This document shows, one piece after another, positions 1 to 12,146 of a stretch of 64,000 bases of DNA (positions are counted from its first letter, which is position 1; each line of letters opens with the position of its first letter). Origin of the DNA: Phoronis australis (taxonomy: Eukaryota; Animalia; Phoronida); the NCBI GenBank assembly GCA_002633005.1, contig NMRA01000010.1, forward strand, positions 1,723,298-1,787,297. The letters run 5' to 3'. A model generated the notes under the pieces. That model did not search any database, was not told the DNA's origin, and saw only the letters and a list, made by a program, of their open reading frames with translations. The position numbers and the translations under genes were made by a program.

Positions 1-1873
1 CATGTGAGCATTCTAAATACATGTACTTTTTCGCCTACCAAGCTAGGCCATGTGCGAAAATACGGTTTCACGAATACTGGTGGTATTGAACTCTATATAG
101 GGATTTAGTTACGAGATTTTGGAGCGATAAGTACACTCGTTTACTAGCAAAAATCCTGGTATGATTGGAAAATATCAATTAAGGTGTGCGAGCAAGTCGC
201 CGCACTAAATTGTCACCGTTTTCTCCGGAAACAGATCAGAATCGAAAGAAGGACATCTTCTGTTTGGCATTGTTTGAGAGCCATAAGATTGTAAAACCGT
301 TTAAAAATTATCAACGAAACTTATTCCTGAATAGTTTACAGTGGTGCCAGTCATTTTGTGTTGTTTGTACCGATTTCGGTCCAAGATAAAATTTCATGAC
401 CACTGCCCCCTGGTGTCATCTGTCGTCGCTTAAACTTTCCCCAATATGCTCCGTTGTTAGATTTACAGGAAAACTTCATTAGAGCGGAGTCCAGTGATCC
501 CTCTACACCAGTAAATGATTCAGTCCACAGCCCGCTATCTGGTGATTGGTTCTGTGCCATGTGGTCAAGTATTTGATGTTTGGGATCGCCTTCGGGTGAT
601 TGAAAGTTTCACCAAGCGATACTGTATTAAGAACGTAAAGGGTGCCCACTTCAATTTTGGCAAACGCCTACATTAATCCACAACACATCGGCGTAAGAGC
701 ATGTGAATTGCTCTTGAGTTGTATATTGTAGAGCGTGTTCTTTAGACCCTACTTGGCGCATAAAATGGCCTGATGTGACAAGCCAACTTGTTGCCTTGTT
801 GTTTGTTCTCAAGCAACAAAAGAACAAACTTCCGGTTCTCTCCAAGCACAGGAACCTACTCTAATTCGAGAAAATACGAGACAGACCAGTTTGATAGCGA
901 TTATTGGTCCAAAAATATTGCAGGTGAATGGTTATTGGTCTAACTCAATATAGTGTTTACGGAAGGCCATCTGTGCCTTTTTAAATATTTTCAATTAAAT
1001 TCCCTGTCTCCTCAGTCCATTTCGTTTCCGAATGTTTTGTAAGTTTCACGCATTTCCGACATTCATTGCCTTTTCCTATCAACCTGTATTTATTGTCTTG
1101 AAAGTGCAAAGAATTTTAATCATTTTGAGCTTATAAGTTGCTACAAATGTCAGTAAGAGTGGGCGTAGTCTTAACTGGACCGCCAGACTCGACACACGAA
1201 CTAATCAATCAGAATGCGCGAAATTTTAAAGATATTTCCTTAGTTATGACAAGTCTAAAGAATAAAATAAGTTTCACTAATCCAAAGTCATATCTCAGAT
1301 AAAAGCATTTCGAAAGTCTCCGTCTTGTCTGTATTTTATTGCCAACTAGCCGGTACCCATGCAAACTTGAGCATGGGACCGACGTCAGAGCCAGTAGTTG
1401 GGCTCACAACGCCGGAGTAACAAAGTTTAACTATTTGAACGATTAAATGAAGGCGATTTCCAGATAAACTCGTCGCAAATAGCAAACAAAATAATATCAC
1501 TGATCGAAACAAATGCTTTTTGTAAACTTCTGTATTGTTCGTAAATACCTGATTGTCAATGATTATTTTTTTAAAAGTTTATGAAAATAAGGTTCTGTGT
1601 TATTCAATATAGGCGACTCTGTTGTGGGTACACATCCAGAAAATTTCGTGTCATGAAGTTTTTAACTAAAATGAAAGGGTAATACACACTTAGAAGCTTT
1701 TGTAAATCAAGCATACCCACTGGTTAATTTTAGAGTCCAGTCTCGAGTAAGGCTTAGAAGTCTCGGACCCAGGTATTTTCATAAGAGCAAACGTTACGCG
1801 GGTAAACGACTCTACTTTTTTGCTTGCAGGAGTCACGAGCGAAGTATCCTATAGGACCACAACAAACAACGCT

Positions 1874-2998
1874 ATGTATTCTGTTATCGACAATACTACG
1901 CAGCTGCCCCAGCAGAAGACTACCGTTTATTACAATGAGACCTTGCAACGGATGTTTTTCGAATTTGAAATGTCACTGTGCGCGTGGAGCAACCCTGTAT
2001 ACGGCGCCATCAGTGTTCCCAGCATCTTACTCAATGGACTCGCGTTATTTTTACTGTTCAGTATCAAACAGAAGAGACCAATTGTCTACTTTTTAATGAG
2101 CCTTTCGTTGGCCGATCTGATTTCGCCCGTGATAAACGTGTTCGACATTATACGCGATCCCACGTGTTACAATCGTTACTACCATCGATATTATGGGGAA
2201 GCGAGAGTACCAGCTGAAAAGCTTGTCACCAGTCAATTACAAGCAGTCGGTTGCTACGCCGTGCTTGGGACAATGATTACGATGACGTCAGACCGTATCG
2301 TAGCGGTCCTCCATCCCTTACGTCATGTTCAGTTGGTGACGACATGTCGTGCGAGGACGTCCATTGTCATCATATGGGCTCTGTCACTGTTACTAAGCTC
2401 GCTACCGTTTTTTGTTGCGTTAGCACCGACTCAAAATGTGAATGCCTCTTATGTTTATTTGAGAAATGTGGAAACATCGATCTACGCTATCTCTTTACCA
2501 ATGCTCTTTTCTGTAGCTTGTGTAACTTTGGGCTTTTTGGTGATTGTATACGGTCTGATCTTTTATCAGATTAAACAAACACTGAATTCAGTGTCGAAGA
2601 GTCAAAAAGGAAGCATCAAAAAAAGTTGCGTGACCATTGCATTAATTGTGGGAACGTTTGCATTTTCTTGGTTGCCTTACGGAATTTCGTATTACTGGTT
2701 CCGACAAAATCCCTGCCCTTTTCCCAGCCCGAATTATGTCGATTGTTACCGAACGATGCGATATTGTACGGAAATCACAATGGCGCTGGTGTTCTTGAAC
2801 GCCTTTTTCGACCCGTTAATTTATATAGTGCGAGACAACTACGTCAATGCCGCGTGGAAAAAACTGCTAAAGAAATGGGGCGTACGTATGGGTTTCACCA
2901 AAAGGTGGAGTACCAAACCCTCAGAACACGACACCACTGAAATGATGTCATTGCGCACCAACAGCTCAATATGTCACAAGGTATGCCAGAAGTTGTGA
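1874..2998 (+). CDS. Rhodopsin-like (class A) orphan GPCR, single coding exon
   Basis: Open ORF with seven hydrophobic segments and class A motifs: TM1 LLNGL, TM2 SLSLADL, TM3 DRI (DRY variant) followed by HPLRH, TM4 W, TM5 Y, TM6 FSWLP, TM7 DPLIY. N-glycosylation sequons NTT and NET in the N-terminus. First ATG at 1874; a polypyrimidine+CAG acceptor ends at 1829, suggesting an upstream non-coding exon. Confidence 0.92.
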   Translation: MYSVIDNTTQLPQQKTTVYYNETLQRMFFEFEMSLCAWSNPVYGAISVPSILLNGLALFLLFSIKQKRPIVYFLMSLSLADLISPVINVFDIIRDPTCYNRYYHRYYGEARVPAEKLVTSQLQAVGCYAVLGTMITMTSDRIVAVLHPLRHVQLVTTCRARTSIVIIWALSLLLSSLPFFVALAPTQNVNASYVYLRNVETSIYAISLPMLFSVACVTLGFLVIVYGLIFYQIKQTLNSVSKSQKGSIKKSCVTIALIVGTFAFSWLPYGISYYWFRQNPCPFPSPNYVDCYRTMRYCTEITMALVFLNAFFDPLIYIVRDNYVNAAWKKLLKKWGVRMGFTKRWSTKPSEHDTTEMMSLRTNSSICHKVCQKL

Positions 2999-4083
2999 CT
3001 GTGTAACAATAACTTTTTAATTTCTGTTACTTTTCCATCGTGGTTTATGTTCTGACGAATTCAACCATATGGACAAGAATGTCACATTGACGTGAGAAAG
3101 AAAACGTACAAAACACTTGTGTATCTTTGAAAGATTTGTTTTGAAGTCACTTCGTTATGAAGTCGATCTTGCGTATTTTTGTATTCATGCGAACCTTGGC
3201 ATTAAAGTGATAGACCTAGACTTTGTAACACAGATTGGAAACTTTCAGGAATTTTGAGAAGTCATTTCCAGGCTTAATGCTAAGTGGCCTTTTTACGACT
3301 CTCCAAAAAGTCAGACAGTACGTCTTCAGTAATTCAATGTTGCCTGTCACAGCGACACCTACAGAAGAGATGGGCACCGTGGTAACATGATGGTTGACAC
3401 GCAACACTAAGTGGTCATCAGTGCGACAACAACATGTAGGTTGAGTAAATGGCAAAATCAGTGCTTGCAAATAAATTTACGATATCAGTACCCATAAGCG
3501 TATTTGCACTTCTCGGATTCAGAGAGATATGTAATATATAGCTTTGTTCAATCTTAGACGTAGGAAAATTTGACCCTGCGGTCGCCTCAAACTCTACACC
3601 CACTCCGTGGTCGCCCCCCATTTCACCGCCGTTCCACCCATTCTTGTGTGTCCTTATGTCTTACCCGTATTTTTCTATTGCATGCTGCGCTGTCCGAATT
3701 TTTGTTTTTTCCTAATCTTCCTTACTTTTTGTCCTCGAGAGCAACTATCCTCCTCCTAATACGTCCATGCTCCTATGTCAATACCTGGAACTTTAAAATT
3801 CTAATAACTCAGTGGTGTGTCTTTTCTTTGTACAGAGGACTAGCTAACAGTTCAAACACTGACCCTGACCTTCGTGAAGAATCAGTGACTGGCCTTCCAA
3901 AATAATGGATTCTCAATAACATTATTGGGATTTTTCGAAGCGCTCTAAACTTATATATAATGGGAACGGCACGGTTGCAGCTTGTGGCCATGTGTTGCAC
4001 GTTTTTCTAAAAAATACAGGTGTTAATATGTCTTACACTCTCGTCCATCTACATGAGAAACCCAGGTGAAATGATTTACATTC

Positions 4084-4400
4084 ACGCTTGTAAATTAAGT
4101 GCGTATGTTAATACTTGTTAACGGCGCAAATTAATTCTTTGCCTCGTAAATTAAAGATCATAATTTATGTGCGTACTTTACGCCTGAAAATTAACTATGA
4201 TTTACGCCTCAAATTTTAATTCACGGTCTCAAATAATTGGTTTACAAAAATGCTTTATTCCGTTAATTATTAATTTGCGCCGCAAATAATTTGATTAATG
4301 ATGTGCAGTACTAATTTACGGCGTAAATCAATTATTTGCGGTATGAAGAATTATTTTACGCCGTTAACAAGAATTAATTGACGCACGTAATTCACGTGCA
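4084..4400. mobile_element. Foldback/MITE-like palindromic element
   Basis: GTGCGTATGTTAATACTTGTTAACGGCGCAAATTAATTCTT (~4098-4138) is the near reverse complement of AAGAATTATTTTACGCCGTTAACAAGAATTAATTGACGCAC (~4346-4386); internal repeats of an AATTTACGC-like motif. Confidence 0.65.
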
Positions 4401-5033
4401 TAACGTTCGCCCATTTGGCCAACGATAGTCGCGATTTGGTACCTAGTTTTTGCTCGAATGCCATTCAGAAACAAGGGCAAATTTCGTGGTCTTTTTCTAG
4501 CGAAAGTGAAAACAGTGGAGGGAGTCGTCTCTTGCAACTGTCTTTTTAATGGTAAAGTACTTTAATTTGAGATTAAGAATTCTTGCGAAGAAAATGTGAA
4601 CAGAACAGAGGATAAATATTTTATAACTCAGTATGTTTTGAAACAACTGTTACATTACAAATGTCTCTGAAAACCACCAATCTCAAAAAGAGCAAGATGA
4701 GCCAACAAGTGTGAGTTTTACTGGTTTCTGACTGACTAAAGATAACGAGTTCACTCCTGTGCGAGTCGGAAAAGTATGGGGGAAAGATTCGTTGTTTCGT
4801 TTAGCGCCTTATTATCTTGAAAGTGTCACACAACACGAGGTTAGTGATTTAATAAATGGTCAGGTTGTTACACTAGACGTAAACCACTAAAGCATTTGTC
4901 AATAGGTGGAGCTGTGTACTGTCGTATCTAATCAACAGTCGTAAGGTATGGATCAGACGATATACACACCAACACGCCCAACATTCCCTAGGGAAAGGCC
5001 AACCCTCTTTCCCTGTAAAAAACATTATGCCTT

Positions 5034-5296
5034 CATGCGCGCACCCAGAGGCAGGCTCGGGGGGCTCGAACGAGCCTCACATTTGGCGAAGTGGGCAAAA
5101 AGGTCCGCCTCAGAGAAACAAAAACTCCCAACGAAAAAAGTAAAACAACGAGACAAAAGTCCACTAAAAATGTAACAACTATCAAAATTCGGCGAATGCA
5201 GAATTCATAGCTCTGAACGCACCCGATGAATATTAGTAAAAGGTACACATTCTCAAAAATTCGAGCCCCCCATTTTTCAGGCTGGGTGCGCGCATG
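5034..5296. mobile_element. Non-autonomous TIR element (hAT5-like MITE), copy 1
   Basis: 15-bp perfect TIR CATGCGCGCACCCAG...CTGGGTGCGCGCATG; flanks GCCTT/TCCTT (5-bp TSD with one mismatch); a second related copy lies at 19876-20085. Confidence 0.75.
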
Positions 5297-5324
5297 TCCT
5301 TGACGACAAGTCACCTACGAGAAA

Positions 5325-5420
5325 GCTCGGGTATTAAACCTGGGCAATCTGGGTTCGTCAGCCGTGGGAGTCAACCAGTCTAGTAGGACTCTCCGAAATA
5401 AAATCAAGAGCTGAAACGAA
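5325..5420 (+). mobile_element. Possible RTE-type LINE 5' UTR remnant
   Basis: GGGTTCGTCAGCCGTGGGAGTCAACCAGTCTAG...AAATAAAATC resembles, from memory only, the 5' UTR motif of invertebrate RTE elements; no RT ORF follows. Confidence 0.25.
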
Positions 5421-5647
5421 GACGGACCATGATGACATAGGACAGCGCGCAAATCTTCTGTACCTGTATCACCCATCCTGAAGAAGAGAATCAGACATGC
5501 ACGCATTCTACCCATCACAGGAACTCCGAAGAAGAAGGGGAAGCAATGCGAACTCAAGTTGGATTATGCACTCATTCACCCAATGAACTCGATACAAGCA
5601 CGTCACACCAGATTGGAACAGAAATCTCGAAGTTAAGATGGAGTTGA

Positions 5648-5897
5648 GGAGGCAGTGTGGCCTAGTGCGATAGGTGCCCGCCTTCTTTACTCGAGCTCGT
5701 GGATTCGAGTCCCACTGGGCCACACTGCTAGACCCTTGAGTCAGGTTTGTAGCTCCTCAGCTCGGTTTTAACTATATATTAACAAAGCATAAAAATGGTT
5801 CCAGGTGATCAGTGAAATAGGCCCACATGCGCGGCCTGCGCACGTCAGGTACAACGTGTACCAGACTGCCTGCAGTTATTATTGTTTTTATTTAATA
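5648..5897 (+). mobile_element. tRNA-derived SINE
   Basis: A box TGGCCTAGTGCG, B box GGATTCGAGTCCC (5701-5713), CCCTTGAGTCAGG motif after the tRNA-like head, and an (ATT)-rich 3' tail; no intact cloverleaf. Confidence 0.7.
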
Positions 5898-8800
5898 AGA
5901 TGGAGCTCGCGTTCAGCATTTGGACCCTGAGATAAGCAGTGTAAAAATAAATAGATTCCGTGCGATGTCTGTAGTTCCCGGTTCCAGCACACGTTCTGAA
6001 TGTCATGACGAATACTATTTGCCTTTTCATGGATAGATTGGATTAACATTCTCTTGGCCATCCGTGGATGGAAATGTTGATGTGTGCTCTATGGTTTCAG
6101 TGATTGTTCATTTTGCTGGAAACCAATGTTCCAAAATCTATTCCAGATATCCCACGAATCTTTAACCGTAAATAGTCCACCAAACCGAGAATAATTTGCA
6201 GTACACTGGCGAAAAACGTTCAATTGTTTGTCGCCTGTTCACGGAATTATAGCGTATCGGAAATATTTGATGTGGTTTATCTACGAGACGACTCGGAAAT
6301 TGATTTTACGGTTATATTATATGGAATATCATTTCAGCAATAGCTGTTCACTAGAGACACCATTTGGCCACCAAGCAAAGTGTGCAATTAGTGCTATGAA
6401 ATGATGCAACAGTAAAGTGGTATTTGCTCCCTTGAGAGAGACTTATTGAATTAACAATGAATACGTTGAGGATCATGAGAGATACCGTTAGGCATGTGCA
6501 CGTGCATGTATAATGAATGGGGTTGTTTCAGAAAACGTATGATATTGTTTCTGCTCAGTGCAAGAAAAGTAAATAGTAATAAAGTTGATCTTTATACAGG
6601 ACCTTGTTCCGTAGACACAAAGATTTTTAAACGGAAGGTAGTGTGATCACGGGATTCACTTTTATCGCATGTCTTGCGTGATCTTGCGTTTTCGCGAGGT
6701 TCTTGCGCAGCTCAACTGTCCATGGCCTGTGACGCAGAGCGTATCGACAATGACTTGCATTTCGATGTAAATGGAAACAATGATTTTTATCTGTTGGTGT
6801 CCCTTAAAAATGTCCAAAAAATGGCTGATAGAATTCCCAAGAAACTTTTAGACACTATGCTATATAAAATGTTCTCCAACAGCCTGCGAGGAATGTTTGT
6901 AAAATATTCCGCTAACGTTACTGAATTCTACCCCGACCTCCGCATTTAGCTTGCCCTCAAGCGACTATTCCAAATATCAACGAGTACGCGGGTATTTAGA
7001 CCCTTTCACCTATAGGCGAAGCTGTGCCTGTATCCGGAAGTAAGCTGATTCGTCTGTTTGCGAAACACAAGAGTAAAGTCAATGTTTTGCACCCAACTTT
7101 GATGTGCACAGACGTTTTCAATGAGGTTGTTCACGTAAAACGCTAAGGACCCAGCATCAAAATTATCTCTCTGTATTATATTGCTTTGGCCTTACAAAAC
7201 TTTATCGACCTTGGGACATTTTGATACATTGTTCAAGCTACCCCTGGAGCTCGTGTTTGAGTAAATCTGAACGATGAATATTTTTGAAAATATATCCCAA
7301 AAATGCACAAAAAGTGAATTAGTGAAATATGCTGTTTTTACGATACATTTGAAAAAGGAAGCCACTCACTCACTGTTTGTTATCATATTGTGAATACCAA
7401 CACATCCGGGTGTTCGTTTGACGTTCGCAAGCAGACGAACGCTGGAAACTTCAACGCCAGATGTCGCGGGACCGCGCAGAAGAGGAAATAAGATCGTTCA
7501 CGACTTTAGGGCACTCACGACTTTAGGATCTCTGACGGTATTATTACAGGAAAAGAATTTGAAAATTGGTTTGAGATGAAAGATTTCAGATTTCGTCTGT
7601 GTTTCAAAAATAGTGAATATGACAATTTTTTCTAGAAATTCTTTTTTCATTAAAATTGAATGTCTCACGTCGACATTCTCAATAAGTACATTCTGTTTAA
7701 AAGGTATTTTACGAGTTCCAGGACTCTTTAAGCATACAGCCCATAGGCTATACCAAAAATCTGGTCAACAAAACAAAATTAACAATATATATGATGCTGC
7801 ATGAGGACATTTTGTCATTTTGGATGAACGGAAATGAAACTATTGTGTTATAACAATAACGGGACAACGACATGGGCCCCATGGGAAGCAGTGTGAACTG
7901 ATAGGGCTACCCTCATTGTAAATATTACCTTAATAAATGAATAAATAAATTTTATTCTTAAGGATGGCTCAGTTAGCCTGTACATGTATAAGTCGAATGA
8001 GAGCGAACAGTGACAAATTTATCGATTTTAGTGGCTCATGTGAGGAACTAGAAGCAATACTTTTATTTTGTTGGCTTTCCCATAAAAAGACAGCATTTGT
8101 TGTTAAAGACACCCTGTTCTTTATTTTTACGATTTTAGACCACGGAGAGTCACATCAGTTGAAAGGTAACATAAAAGTAGGTCCTGGATGCTTATTTGCC
8201 ATTTTTGCTGACAGTCAACCAACAGCGAGGTTCAACCGTGGCAGGTATTCTGTTGGTGCACCTCCAGAAATGTAACAAGTATTTTAAATTTCCGTAATTA
8301 ATTATATTCAATTTGAAAGCATTTTATTACATGTCGAAAGAGCTTCATGTTGGAAAAGGCTTAACTAGAGCGGATGGTGGTCAAATTCTTTTTACCATGT
8401 TTTAACATAAATTCAGTGGAAAAAGTATCTTTAAACAAACCAATTTTTGGCTCAGGTTGAACACGTTTGGTGTCTTTGTCATCTTCCTTGCCTCAATACT
8501 ACACTGTGGGGAAATTAAATATTTAACTGATTCGGGATTCTCATTAGATTTATAGCCACGAACATATTTGATTGTGGGAAGCGAGTAACCGCGGCTAATT
8601 CAAAATCTATACTCATACAGCAATTGGGTGACTATTATGTGTTCGAAAGGCGTAAATCCCGAGAGCAATTCGTTTTATCAGCATCACTAAGCACCAACGG
8701 GAGCCAAATGCTGTCATGCAATTTCATGGAAGCGCACTCAGCTTTGTCGGTGTTTCGGTGATGTTCGGTGCACTAAGTGACACCTGCTCGATAAGCCGTT

Positions 8801-9038
8801 AACTCGTTTGTCTTGCACTTTACCGTGACAGAGAGATCATTTATGTTCACCATATGTCCTGCGTACCCGAAGTTCAGCTTCTAGAGATGAAAAGTAAGCA
8901 GGGTTTGTGAAAGTGTAAAATAGCTGTAAGATCTAAAAATTCGTTGGGCCAATTCCGTCTTAATGCAATTCCTCTGGAAGTTTAACCGAATTGAGTGAAC
9001 TAATAAACGCTTCCATATTTGAATAATTACTGCGAAAA

Positions 9039-9474
9039 GTTAACTCAACGTTTCGTCTTATTCAACAAGACATCATCAGGATATGTACAGTAGGACAACA
9101 AGTGTCGATATTCTTTCAAGTCACATCCATGTGGGGAAATGAGAGTGTGAGAGATACAGGGAAAGTAAGCGGGTCATTACCATAGTTGCAGGGTCACTGA
9201 GCTCTGCATGTTATTGAGAGAATCAGTAGAATGCTGGTTCTGATTGGCCAATGACTCCTTGATATACAGTAATTCCTTAGCATGTTCTTTTCAAATAATA
9301 CTGACTCGATTGGCTTGATGGTTGTTGATAATACAATGCTAATACAATGCTAGTACAATGCCTATAAATGTTACTTTTGTCGGATGTGTTGTGTTCTTTC
9401 AGCCTGTCACAGAGGCGTCTCTGGGTGAGTCCAATATAGAATTCCTTACAGTTGTCACGAAACGTTGAGTTAAC
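9039..9474. mobile_element. Penelope-like non-autonomous element with inverted hammerhead-derived ends
   Basis: Perfect 18-bp inverted repeat GTTAACTCAACGTTTCGT (9039-9056) / ACGAAACGTTGAGTTAAC (9457-9474); the left arm is part of a hammerhead core on the minus strand. Confidence 0.55.
9044..9082 (-). ncRNA. Minimal type I hammerhead ribozyme-like motif
   Basis: Minus strand reads CTGATGA-T-GTCTT(GTTGAAT)AAGAC-GAAACGTTG: both core boxes, a paired stem II and palindromic AACGTT at stem III. Stem I pairing is poor, so activity is doubtful. Confidence 0.55.
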
Positions 9475-11277
9475 ATGAACTTCTTTATTTGTGCGGCAAT
9501 TGACCCTTTTCTTACCTAAATTTTACGGATAGCGGAAAACATCGTATACACAAGGATTGTGGGATAGCAGTCGTCCAGCACCGCTCATAAGCGTTGATAT
9601 ACGATCTGTTAAAAACACTTTTTAGTAGCAGTTCAACTAAACAAGTTGTATCTATGTAATGTCAATTGTCAGCTTACCGAGCAGCTGGTGATCGTCTTCG
9701 CGACAATTTTTCCTTTAAGTTTTATAACACTTCATCGACTAGTTTGAGTGTTTCTTCAAATATCTAACACAACTATAGATTTTGGGCGACACGAATCCTA
9801 GTAGGCGCACGCAACGGTTTATGGTATCCGTGAAAAGGTCATTTGTTACGTTATCAGTAATGCCTTCACGGGTTCAGCCTGAGGTACTATTGGTACACGA
9901 GTCCACGGTTTCGTCGACCATATTGAATATGTTATTAGGTGAAGTAAAACGAATTCTTATATAAGTGGACGGTTGAGTAAGAGGAGTTTTCGAAACATAT
10001 GGACTAGATTATAAAAACGTCATAATGTTACTTTTTCTCCCTGATTAGAACCACCTGTCCTCGAATTTGTATCGCACTAAAAAAATGCCTATGATTTTAA
10101 TATTAATCATGTAATTTGCAAGATAGCCACGTTTTCGTGAAGTCGACCTCACGGTCAGTATTCAGTTAGCCTCTAATACCGTTAGCAAACAAGACCATCG
10201 AAACCATAGGCAAAATGCTTCGTACTTCATTGGGTTTGAACAAGTCTAAAATTGAGATTTCGAAAATGGCGCATATGCGCATCACCTTTGACTTGAGATA
10301 GAAATGAACGCCATAAGCCAGCCGCTATTGTGGAACTATTGACCTTTGAACTATGCACGTTGCGGACTAGTGGGTAGTGTAATCACAAGATGGCGGCCTC
10401 CGGGTAGCGCAAGTAAACTGAACAATAATTACTAGAATTGTGTCCCAAACTAATTAACAAACCTTAGTTAAATATGCAACGATGGTTTTAATATAACAAT
10501 AATAATAATTTATGTTTCAACTGTTTATGAAAATATTGTAAATTGCTTTACTATATGTAGGTGTATGATTTGATTCTTTATTCGTTCGCACTTCATCGAC
10601 CGTCAGACGGCGTTCACGTGCTTACTCCAGTATCAACAGTACGCATGTCTGTTTTCCAATTCCGGTTGATTACAGTTAACTCTGATTCTCGAAATGAAAA
10701 CGACCGTAGTTAGAAGTCTATATGCGAGTGAAATCGTAATCGAAAAGATTTTCGAGACTTCGTCAATGTAGTGATGGTTTTGAACGAACCTTGACCTTGC
10801 TGTTGTAAGATTTGCCACAAAGTCTATTCTTTTCCTGTAAAATCTCAGGAAGTAATGCTGCCGTGCTCAAGTAGAGTCACGCATTTGTGATCCGCTGGCA
10901 AAAGGGAGTTCAGTGTTACAAACATGTACATCCTCTTGACAAATAGTCGAAAACTGTACAGTGATCGATATTTCAACTTGGCTTTGGAATGTTCCAGACA
11001 CCGTTTCAAAGCAAAGGTTGTTAAATAATCATCAAACGGGAACTCGACAGATCAATGGATCGCACAGAAGTGCAAATATCGGTATTAATGAACGAATGGA
11101 GACAATTTTGAAATTTTTGAGCCGACTAATCGAATTTAATCAAATTACAGAGTATCGCTTCACCTCATGAAGCACCTTTCTAGTAACCTTTTGCCACTTC
11201 ATTCATTTAAGTATATATGTGCATTCGGAGGTGATATGGAAACGGCAGATTGAAAAGTCAATCTCGTACTGAGTAGT

Positions 11278-12146
11278 GTTATTTTTGACACAAAGTTTTT
11301 ATCGCCATGGAAGTTTTGAAAAACGATTTCTTCCAATGCCTTCCAAGATTATCTCACATTTTAAACACTTGGTGAATCATTCATTACAGAGAGGAACTGC
11401 AAAGTATTATTTATTAAGGCGAGCAACGGAGTCATGCATTCTCTCAAAAAGAGCAACTTTTGATTTAGGCCTTTACAAAATCAGCCATCATGTTTCTATA
11501 CAGCGCTCACGTGCCGCATGATCAGATGGCAAATCGGATGTCTGTTACACCTTCTGAAAGCTTTGCACACGAGTCGCTGATCAGACATCTGATCTCTCTC
11601 GTTATCGTCCTGAACCTGAGAAAAAATTACATTCTTACAGTGACGTAATTTGTGGTTAGAATTTGACAGCCCATCCTGATCTNGGTGGAGCGTGAGACCT
11701 CTGAGGTCCCAATCGAGTCCTCACGACAACTTCGCGTTATGGTTATTTTTGACACAAAGTTTTTATCGCCATGGAAGTTTTGAAAAACGATTTCTTCCAA
11801 TGCCTTCCAAGATTATCTCACATTTTAAACACTTGGTGAATCATTCATTACAGAGAGGATCTGCAAAGTATTATTTATTAAGGCGAGCAACGGAGTCATG
11901 CATTCTCTCAAAAAGAGCAACTTTTGATTTAGGCCTTTACAAAATCAGCCATCATGTTTCTATACAGCGCTCACGTGCCGCATGATCAGATGGCAAATCG
12001 GATGTCTGTTACACCTTCTGAAAGCTTTGCACACGAGTCGCTGATCAGACATCTGATCTCTCTCGTTATCGTCCTGAACCTGAGAAAAAATTACATTCTT
12101 ACAGTGACGTAATTTGTGGTTAGAATTTGACAGCCCATCCTGATCT
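11278..12146. repeat. 405-bp near-identical direct duplication spanning an N gap (probable assembly artefact)
   Basis: 11278-11682 and 11742-12146 differ at one position that I could see (GGAACT vs GGATCT); the first copy ends exactly at the N at 11683. Confidence 0.9.

Noticed and set aside
5648-5725. SINE heads here and at 13829 as true tRNA genes
   Set aside because: A and B boxes are present but there is no proper cloverleaf or terminator, and both continue into SINE-like bodies.
11278-12146. Recent tandem duplication or LTR pair, with duplicated short ORFs
   Set aside because: The copies are almost identical and abut an N gap, which is typical of uncollapsed haplotypes or contig overlap; no TG..CA ends or primer-binding site.
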